This document shows positions 54,947-64,000 of a stretch of 64,000 nt of DNA, piece by piece. Position 1 is the first letter of the stretch. Each line of letters starts with the position of its first letter. Made by a program: the position numbers and the translations under genes. The notes beneath the pieces are model-generated. The model saw only the letters and a list, made by a program, of their open reading frames with translations. It had not been told where the DNA came from and searched no databases. Source of the DNA: Octopus sinensis (taxonomy: Eukaryota); the NCBI RefSeq assembly GCF_006345805.1, contig NC_043024.1, forward strand, positions 19,282,001-19,346,000. The letters run 5' to 3'.

Positions 54947-54994
<48 letters not shown>

Positions 54995-55866
54995 CATCAT
55001 CATTTAGCGTCTGCTTTCCATGCTAGCATGTGTTGGACGGTTCAACTGGGGTCTGGGAAGCCAGAAGGCGGCACCAGGCTCCAGTCTGATCTGGCAGTGT
55101 TTCTACGGCTGGATGCCCTTCCTAACGCCAACCACTCCATGAGTGTAGTGGGTACTTTTTACGTACCACCCGCACAGGTGCCAGACAGAGCTGGCAAACG
55201 GCCACGGACGGATGGTGCTTTTTATGTGCCACAATAATAATAATAATAATAATAAAACTCTTTTACTTGTTTCAGTCATTTGACTGTGGCCATGCTGGAG
55301 CACTGCCTTTATTCGAGCAAATCGACCCCAAGTCTTATTCTTTGTAAAGTCTAGTACTTATTCTATTGGTCTCTTTTGCCGAACCGCTATGTTACGGGGA
55401 CCTAAACACACCAGCAAACATATATACACACACATAGACAGACACGCAAACATATATACACACACATATACACACATATATATACATATATACGACATGT
55501 TCCTTTCAGTTTCGGTTTACCAAATCCACTCTCAAAGGCATTGGTCGACCCGAAGCTATAGTAGAAGACACTTGCCCAAGGTGCCACGCAGTGGGACTGA
55601 ACCCGGAACCATGTAGGGCTTACATGCCTGTAGCTTAGCGGTTCGGCAAGAGAGACCGATAGAATAAGTACTAGGCTTACAAAGAATAAGTCCTGGAGTC
55701 GATTTGCTCGACTAAAGGCAATGCTCTAGCATGGCCACAGTCACACAACTGAAACAAGTAAAAGAGTAAATATATATATATAAGTATATGAGGGTAAGCG
55801 GAAAAGTTCCTGCCTTTGGGTAAAAGAAAACACAGGAGGATCAGCTAATTATGATTTTATTGAACA

Positions 55867-56260
55867 CTAGCAGTATCGCCCGGCGTTGCTCGGGTTTGTA
55901 AGGGAAATAACTATATAAGCATTTTTAGAGAGTTATAGCCAAAAAATAGCAAAGAATGCATTAAAAATGGAAAAAAAATTATGGTAATTTTTTTTTTAAA
56001 TCGTTGACTCATCGTAGACATTTTTAGAGAGTTACTTCCCTTATATAATAGCGAAAAAATGCATTAGAATGGAAAAAGACGATGGTAAATTTTTTTTAAA
56101 ATCGTAGGCTCATCGTAGACGCGTGCTTATACCCAGAAGGGCTCGATATGAATGACGACTATAAGATACTCGGTTTTGGTTAAACTGCACCGCAAAATGT
56201 GGGAGTCGTTAGGAATCTAAATCGTAGACAGACACACAACTTCACTTTTATATATAAAGA
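55867..56260 (-). mobile_element. Non-autonomous Helitron, second copy
   Basis: A|CTAG...GA|T on the plus strand, with the same termini as 20667 and a different interior. Confidence 0.75.
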
Positions 56261-56289
56261 TATTCTCTTCTCAGATTCACACACTTATT

Positions 56290-56640
56290 GCAGTGGTCCT
56301 TCAGTTTTTCTAAGCCCTGTACAAGAACTCAAAAGCTTGGACCTCCATCCAGGCCTTTCATGATACCCTTAAAGCCAGAAATGGTCAGAGAACATATCAA
56401 TCAATCTTCATTACATGAATACCCCTAACGAACACTACAAGAGTTCTACCAATATTGCCGTTTTCCTTTTTGTTTTCCTCATCACTAATTAACTTACAGT
56501 CATCTCTAAGGATATTTTCTCTCTTATTATCTGGTTTGAAATTCTTCTTTGTAAACATAATCCTTATCTTAAGAGAAATTACTTTGCTAATCTCTTTATA
56601 CAAACCTAATTCTAGCCCAGTTGTATTGCATAAATCTTGG
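56290..56640 (-). mobile_element. Ancient RTE-like LINE RT remnant
   Basis: Decayed minus-strand frames resembling RT domain 6-7 and the RTE AFE..YR motif (QAFEFLYR). Confidence 0.35.
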
Positions 56641-56898
56641 AATCACTATTGCTATTTTTTACACAGATAACCGTACAGTGCTGTTGTAAATGTATATATA
56701 TAGCTGACTTCTGCCATTGTTAGCGCTTGCCGTAATCTTCCGGAAATCTTGTTTATCTCTTACTTGTTCTAGCCATTAGACTGCAGCCATGCTGGGGCAC
56801 CACCTTGGAGAATTTTTAGTTGAATGACTGTGTGTGTATGTGTGTGTGTTTGTGTGTGTGTGCATTTGTGCATGCATGTGTGTGTATGTGTGTGTATA

Positions 56899-57285
56899 GT
56901 GGAGGCGCAATGGCCCAGTGGTTAGGGCAGTGGACTCGCGGTCGTAGGATCGCGGTTTCGATTCCCAGACCGGGCGTTGTGAGTGTTTATTGAGTGAAAA
57001 CACCTAAAAGCTCCACGAGGCTCCGGCAGGGGATGGTGGTGATCCCTGCTGTACTCTTTCACCACAACTTTCTCTCACTCTTACTTCCTGTTTCTGTTGT
57101 ACCTGTATTTCAAAAGGGCTGGCCTTGTCACTCTCTGTGTCATGCTGAATATCCCCGAGAACTACGTTAAGGGTACACGTGTCTGTGGAGTGCTCAGTCA
57201 CTTACACGTTAATTTCACGAGCAGGCTGTTACGTTGATTCGGATCAACCGGAACCCTTGTCGTCATAACCGACGGAGTGCTTCCA
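56899..57285 (+). mobile_element. tRNA-derived SINE (GTGGAGGC.. head), tail variant 3
   Basis: A-box TGGCCCAGTGG and B-box-like GGTTTCGATTCCC. Confidence 0.75.
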
Positions 57286-58185
57286 TGTGTGTGTATGTAT
57301 GTCTTTGTGTTTATCCGACACTAATGCTCAACAATTGGTGTTAACTGATGTGTTTGAATCCTTCATCCACTGCTCGATAACTGGTATTGGTGTGTTTACG
57401 CCCCTGTAACTTAGCTGTTCAGCAAAAAGAGACTGATAAAAAAAACAAAGTACTTGTTTCAACAATTTGTCTGTGGCCATGTTGGAGCACCACCTTTAGG
57501 GATTTTAGTTGAACAAATCAACCCTAGGACTTATTCTTCGTAAGCCTAGTACTTATTCTGTCAGTCTCTTTTGCCAAACCATTAAGTTATGGGGACATAA
57601 ACACACCAACATCGGTTGTCAAGCAATGGTTGAGGGGAAAAACACAGACACAAACACACAAATATATACATATATATTTATATATATGTGTGTGTGGCAA
57701 ATGAAAGGCGGAAGATGTAATATATATATAGAACAGGCTTTTAGTTTCCATCTATCAAATCCATTCACAAGGTTTTGGTCTGCCCAAGACTATAGTAGAA
57801 GATGCTTGCTGAAGGTGCCATGCAGTGGGATTGAACCCAGAACCATGTGATTGGGAAACAAGTTTCTTACCACACAGCTATGCCTGTGCCTAAAAATTCT
57901 TGAAGGCAGTGCTCCAGCATAGCCGAAGTCTAATGGCTGAAATAAGTCAAAGATAAAAGATAACAAACTGCAAAATGATTATATTTACACTGTCCAAAAT
58001 GTATTTCAAAATTTATAAAGGATCAGTGTTGGTTGAGGAGCACTTTTCTGCAGTTATACCCATATTTCTGTAATCAATAATGGTAGGATGATGTTGAAGA
58101 CTGCAAACCTGGCCAATTAAAGAAATGATGGATTTTATAATAGGCTGGACCCGAAGGAGAGCTGGTCCTTAGATATGTGTGACAC

Positions 58186-58442
58186 CAGTGTTTTTCAACC
58201 AGTGTTTAACTATAGGCCCCTTTGATTCAGATTTTAATCTACTGGACCCCTATAGCCATTCAATGTTTAAAAAAAGTCCCGTATTATTTTTAAAGTTAAA
58301 ATATTGATAGAAATTATATGAAAAGAATTGTTGAAATATTCTGTGTAATGTAGGATTATATCCAATTCATTGCATGTAAATTTTAATAGCAAAATCTTAT
58401 GTGGACTCCCAAGGGCCATTGGACCCTGACTGAGAACCATTG
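58186..58442. mobile_element. Older hAT-type MITE
   Basis: CAGTGTTTTTCAACC ... GACTGAGAACCATTG; 8-bp flanks TGTGACAC / TGTTATAC (6 of 8 identical). Confidence 0.6.
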
Positions 58443-59774
58443 TGTTATACAGGCCCTTCTGAGTGCTGACAGTGGACAAGTCCTTTAAACTGATGAGAGT
58501 TATTGGGGCCACTGTAGCCATGCAACACATGTAGTGCAAGAAAGCCTGATGGAGCCCAGCCCTTTCCAGGCTAAACTCATTTCTACAGCTGAGTGGACTG
58601 GAGCCAAGGGAAATGGAATGTTTTACTGAAGAACACAGTGCATTGCCTGGTCCAGGGATTGAAACCAGTCTTGCAATTGAGAGTCAATCACCCTACCTAC
58701 TAGGCCATGTGCCTCCACACACAGATAGGTATGTGGACATACCTTAATGTCATGTGAACCAGTCCCCGACTTTTTATGGGTTAAATATCCCCTCTGTCTC
58801 AAGGATTAGTTGTAATTGCATTGCTGATGAGAGGGTCTGTGCATTGTTGATTGACTCTCTAGAAATAGTAGCTAAATCTTCCTAAAATCACACTCTGCTA
58901 AACTGATTTTGAAAGTCCTATACTGCAGATATTCACACCTTTTGCTATATCCTAAGCCATGCAAAAGAGCAATTCAAATTGTGTTGTTTGGAGGGGAGAA
59001 CAGTAACTATTGAGAAAAGGATGGTAGTCTTTATGGTATTTCCTAGCTTTGGCACAAGGCCAGCAATTTTAAGGGGCAGGACAACTCAATTACATTAACT
59101 CCATCACTTGATTGGTACTTATATTGTCAGCCCCAAAAGGAGGAAAGGCAAAATCCACCTTGACTAAATTTGAACTCAGAATGTAAAGGGACAAAAATTA
59201 TACTACCACAGTTTAAATAATACTGCTATTTGAGGGGTGGGGTTAGAGACTGAAGACAAGCCCTCTTCTTTGTCTAAACTTATTTTAGAGAGCTATTGTT
59301 AAAAGACTTCCTGTTGGTATTATGTTTGAGTTATCATGTTTTATCAACAAAATTTCTCTGGATTTTTTATTTTATTTCTTGTAACTTACTGACAGTTGAA
59401 ACCTCATGTGGTGAGTTAGAGTTTAGTAATATTACTTATTAATGGTTCGTTTATTGTTATATATTTATTTACTAATTATTTAATCGATACCTAGATATTA
59501 ATATCTTGTAAATATATACAAGAACACTTCTAGTCAAACTGTCATGTCACTTACATCTTGACAAGTGAAAGTAACATGACAAAACATAAAAATTAACAAC
59601 AAGTGACAATCATATTTATAATGTACACCAACGATCTTTATAATGTATCAAGACAGGTCGTTTTCAACCATTTTCATGCAATAGTTATATTCTCTTGATT
59701 GTTATACTGGACTAACTCTATTTTAATGAAATCTCTAGTGTCTAACTATGAGACTGGGACCTTTGGAGATATGC

Positions 59775-60240
59775 TGTGATTAGGAAGACCTGGCAACTAA
59801 AGTGAGATCGCAGCCATGCATGTCTGGCTCAGTTAAGAGTACCCCTGATGCATTTGGCGATATGATATGCTTGAGAAGACCTGCTGAGTCAAGTAAAACC
59901 AAAATCGTAGCTGTGGCCAGTGCCCCCTCACTGGCTCCCGTGCTGGTGGCACAGAAAAGCACCATTTGAACATGGCCAATGCCAGTAACCCCTGACAGGC
60001 TTCCGTGCCAGTGACACATAAAAAGCACCACACCAGGCCTGTCTGACTGGCTCTTGTGCCAGAGGCATGTAAAAAGCACACACTACACTCTCGGAGTGGT
60101 TGGCATTAGGAAGGGCATCCAGCTATAGAAACCTTGCCAGATCAGATTAGAGCCTGGTGCAGCCACTGGTTCTCCAGACTTTGTCAAACCGTCCAACCCA
60201 TGCCAGCATGGAAAACGGACGTTAAACGATGATGATAATG
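59775..60240 (+). mobile_element. (GAT)n-tailed SINE-like retroposon
   Basis: Ends GGAAAACGGACGTTAAACGATGATGAT. Confidence 0.75.
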
Positions 60241-60707
60241 ATATGTATATCGTTTCTCTTTTACTTGTTTCAGTTATTTGATTGCATCCATGCTGGAGCA
60301 CCACCTTGAGGAATTTTAGTCAAACTAATCAACCCCAGGACTTATTTACCTTTTTGAGGTCTGGTACTTATTCTATCGGGCACTATTGCCAAACTGCTAT
60401 GTCACAGGGATGTAAACACACTAATACTGGTTGTCAAGTAGTGGTGGTGGGAACAAACATAGACACAAAGGCACACACGAACACACACACACACACACAC
60501 AGATACAAACACACACACACACACAGATACAAACACACACGCACACACACACACACACTTTGGGCTTCTTTCCATTTCTGTCTACCAAATCCACTCACAA
60601 GGCTTTGGTCAGCCATGGTAGAAGACACTTGCACCAGGTGCCAACCAGTGGGACTGAACCTGGAACCATGTGGTTGAGAAGCAAGCTCCTTACCACACAA
60701 CCATGAC

Positions 60708-60738
<31 letters not shown>

Positions 60739-60853
60739 TGATGACTGAGAGCTTCGAAAGTCCCGTCTGTGTGTGTTTTTTTGTCGTCTTCAAAATGTTT
60801 CACGTTCTTGTCCCAGTTTGTGTTTTTTTAACGTTTACATATATATATATATA

Positions 60854-61220
60854 CAAAATTTAGAGGACTGACTACTAAAAGTGGACAGCCTATATGCTAA
60901 ACATAGATGTCAAATCGCCATTACCACGAAGAATGTGTTCTCAAGAAAAATCTCAGCAAAAGATCCAAAATGCAAAAATAAGCAAGACAATGGCGGTGCC
61001 CCAGCATGGCCACAGCTCGTGAGCTGAAACTAGATAAAATAAAAAATTCTAAAAAAAATGAAAACATACAAAATACTTTTTCATTTGTCTTGCTTATTTT
61101 TACATTTTGGTTTTTTGCTGAGATTTTTCTTGAGAACATATTCTTCATGGTAATGGCGATTTGACATCTATGTTTAGCATATGGGCTGTCCACTTCTATT
61201 GGTCAGTTCTTTAAATTTTG
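60854..61220. mobile_element. TA-flanked fold-back MITE (Tc1/mariner-like)
   Basis: ~140-bp inverted arms CAAAATTT...AAATTTTG with TA on both sides; a SINE tail fragment sits in the spacer. Confidence 0.7.
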
Positions 61221-61309
61221 TATGTAAAAAAATTTTTAATCTTCGGATTTCTTAAAAATATGCTAAGCCACTGGTTTTAATTCATTAATATCAATTTCTG
61301 CCCTTATTC

Positions 61310-61342
<33 letters not shown>

Positions 61343-61355
<13 letters not shown>

Positions 61356-61546
61356 TTAGAGACAAAACCACTATTTTGCAAATCAAACAAAGAAAGACTT
61401 AATCCAATACCTAAAAAAATTTTAATATAAATAAATAAAATTATATAATTTTATTTATTTATATTAAAATTTTTTTAGGTATTGGATTAAGTCTTTCTTT
61501 GTTTGATTTGCAAAATAGTGGTTTTGTCTCTAATTAATATTATATA
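61343..61546. repeat. Perfect 204-bp spacerless palindrome
   Basis: Arms compared base by base; symmetry centre at 61444/61445. Confidence 0.92.
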
Positions 61547-61618
61547 ATAGTTTACTATAAAATTGGATTCAATCCTAAATCTGATTTTCCCTGTAAATTT
61601 GGATTTATTCCCTAATAT

Positions 61619-61662
<44 letters not shown>

Positions 61663-62975
61663 TCATCATCATACATCCATTTCCCATACTGGCACGGATT
61701 GGGCAGTTTGATTAGGCAGAAGCCTGTATTGTGTTTCAATTAACACTCAATAGACATTTAATTTACCTTTATGCATCATGAGCATAATATCACCAGAGTA
61801 AAAAGAAAAAAAACAATGTACCTTTGCTATATGTTTGTTTCGGAATTCGTTTTAGCAGACTGAATGCTACAGTTTATGATTTGTATTGTTATATACTCAG
61901 AGTATGCTGAGTGCTTTTCATGCGCCACCGGCATGGGTGCATTTATGCAACACTGGCACAAGTGCACTGGCACTTGCAAAAGACAAGCTTGTATGTATGG
62001 ATGACAGAGATTTTACTCAGCTTGACATGAAATTAAATATGTTTTATTAAGGAAGGTGGTGAGTTGACAAAATTTTTACAGCATCTGGCAAAATGCTTTG
62101 AACTTAGAACATAATAACCGACAAAAGGCCTCAAACTCCACCAAAGTCAAGTTTGCTTTCATTATTTCATGGTTGATAAAACAAGAATGTAATCTTGTGT
62201 AATCGATTTACACTCTGCCCCAAATTGCTGGCCTTGTGCCAAAGTTTAAAACCTGATATGTTTTACCCGTAACAGAAAAGTTGAAAACTGAAAAATTTTG
62301 AATCAGTATAAATGCCAATGACTCAACTCATATAATTCAAACCCCACAAATTAAAAAGAAAAAAATAGTTTTCCTTTATCTTTTTTATTTTTATTTATTT
62401 ATTTTTTTGAGTATCACAAATTTATAAGCAATATTTCAGAAAAAAAAAACATAAATACAATTTTGTTATTTCAGAGAAAAAATTTCCTTAGGATAAATTA
62501 TTATTCAAAATCTGATCTAAAATTGGAGAATAAATAATTTTATAAAATATAGATATCACTAAAAAAAAGAAGAAATTGTTTTTATGAATATATATATGTT
62601 TTTGTGTCTGTGTTTGTGTGTTTGTATATGTAAATGGGTAAAAATGCATACATACACACACACACGCACACATATATATATATATGTGTATGTATGTATG
62701 TATGTACATGTATGTGTGTATGTACATAGTTATATTACTTGTTCTTTAAATATATCTTGTTTATCATCACAACATAACTCGGTATATCTTTTACTATCAT
62801 AATCATGATCATCATCATGACACTCTTGTTTTATCATGTGAAAAGACAAAAAAAAAAGAGTAAAAGGTATGAAAGCTGTCAGATATGAAATGAAATATCT
62901 CTCATGATTCTAAGTCACTGCTTTACACAAGATACAGAGCTTCTGCTCCGCTGAGTTGCCTTATACTGTTTTTAG

Positions 62976-63060
62976 AGTCAACTCACTTGTCATCCTTCCT
63001 GAGCTGAATGTTAAATACAAACACCCCGAGAAGTATCTGCTTCATCTGCATGATATGTAG
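62976..63060 (+). CDS. Candidate terminal coding exon (phase 2 in)
   Basis: CCTTATACTGTTTTTAG acceptor; only the phase-2 frame stays open this far: (R)VNSLVILPELNVKYKHPEKYLLHLHDM*. Confidence 0.2.
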
Positions 63061-63380
63061 CCTTATGTTGATGCTTTACAGTACAACACTGATACATACA
63101 GTAGTGCACCTAACAACCAATGGATGAGCCTCTCTTCTCTCCTACTTTATTCTGTTACAGTGTTTAGCACTGCACTGAACAAGCTATTTGCACATGACCT
63201 AAGTTTACATGTTACATGTTTAGTTTTTTTCTTTTAAAGAAACAAACTTTGGTTTGTGATAGGAGAGAGAATACCATATATCCCAACTATTTTTCGTTTT
63301 TCACTTTTTAGTGTTTCAACCTTGGAGTCTCTTATTCAACTATACATCCATCCATACATACACACATATGTATGTACGTA

Positions 63381-63790
63381 CATTATGGCTGCCCCTTCAT
63401 TATCGAGTATGGCCATTGCACGAAGCTTAACCGTTACTGGTGCTGTGATCGAATGTGACTTTTTAGCCCAGCTAAAGATCTACAATGTCTTGTACAGAAT
63501 TGGCAACTAAAACCTTTACCGGTAATAGCCGGCTGTAGTTGTAGCTGGGCTTCATGTACCTTTGCATGTCGTTTAAGTCCTCCTGCCGAATTACACTCTC
63601 TTCCACATGCCCGACAGATATGATTAGTATGGTGTGTTACACCACCACCAGTGGTCAGGTTGTCACTCATCTGTCTCGTTTTATGACTACGAAGACTACT
63701 GAGGCAGGGTCTTGCACAGACACTGCATGTCAGAATCAAAGGAAGACCCTTCCCTTCTGGAAGTGTAACAGCGATGCCCTTCCTGACATC
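63381..63790 (-). mobile_element. RTE-like LINE 3' end with three C2H2-type zinc fingers
   Basis: CSVCARPCLSSLRSH, CRACGRECNSAGGLKRHAKVH and CQFCTRHCRSLAGLKSHIRSQH, then a stop, a ~50-bp 3' UTR and a microsatellite. No TGEKP linkers. Confidence 0.6.
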
Positions 63791-63946
63791 ACATACATAC
63801 ATGCAGTCATGCATATATATATATATATATATAATATAATTCGAGACAAAACCACTATTTTAAAACCAAACAAGGAAAGACTTAATCAATACATAAAATT
63901 TTAATATAAATTAAATAAATTTGATACTGATTAGAAGATCGAAAAT

Positions 63947-63989
63947 CCACCTGAAGATTGTCGGAGCAGACGTGAAACATTTGTAGTGG
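63947..63989 (+). ncRNA. Candidate intact type I hammerhead ribozyme
   Basis: CCAC-CTGAAGA-TTGTC-GGAGCA-GACGT-GAAA-C-ATTT-GTA-GTGG, with stem I CCAC/GTGG; lies in the family that forms the palindrome arms. Confidence 0.65.
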
Positions 63990-64000
63990 CGGTTTATTTA

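Noticed and set aside
56275-56428. Plus-strand open frame after an AG acceptor
   Set aside because: The region is better explained as a decayed RTE remnant on the minus strand next to a Helitron end.
58824-58870. CTGATGA...GAAA hammerhead-like motif
   Set aside because: Extra bases separate stem II from GAAA, there is no credible stem I or III, and the CTGATGAGAG segment pairs with CTCTCTAG as a simple hairpin.
59396-59410. 15-nt microexon (CAG|TTGAAACCTCATGTG|GTGAGT)
   Set aside because: The donor is good, but the exon reads TGA in phase 2, so it does not fit the candidate model; such sites arise by chance every few kb.

Overview
AT-rich eukaryotic genomic DNA, very dense in microsatellites ((AAT)n, (TA)n, (GATA)n, (CAT)n, (AAC)n) and retroposons. 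The SINE repertoire and repeat composition point to a coleoid cephalopod, most likely Octopus (inference, no database search). No prokaryotic genes, rRNA, true tRNA or CRISPR were seen, and most ORF-track entries are translated microsatellites. Supportable content: (1) decayed R4/Dong-clade non-LTR retrotransposons with three different 3' ends, all embedded in (TAA)n, plus a non-coding ~555-bp element found five times only in (TAA)n; (2) several tRNA-derived SINE families, one forming head+(184-bp body)n arrays bounded by a single target-site duplication; (3) CR1, Tx1/L1-like and RTE LINE remnants, hAT, piggyBac-like and TA-flanked MITEs, and non-autonomous Helitrons; (4) at least five sequence families of short (TA)n-associated elements containing type I hammerhead ribozyme motifs, probably Penelope-like termini, with related long palindromes; (5) three phase-compatible candidate exons (17.6, 39.7 and 63.0 kb) that could encode a signal-peptide protein across ~22-kb introns. 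One 100-N assembly gap lies at 18565-18664. Coordinates were read by eye, and repeat boundaries are approximate to within about 10 bp unless a TSD or terminus is quoted.
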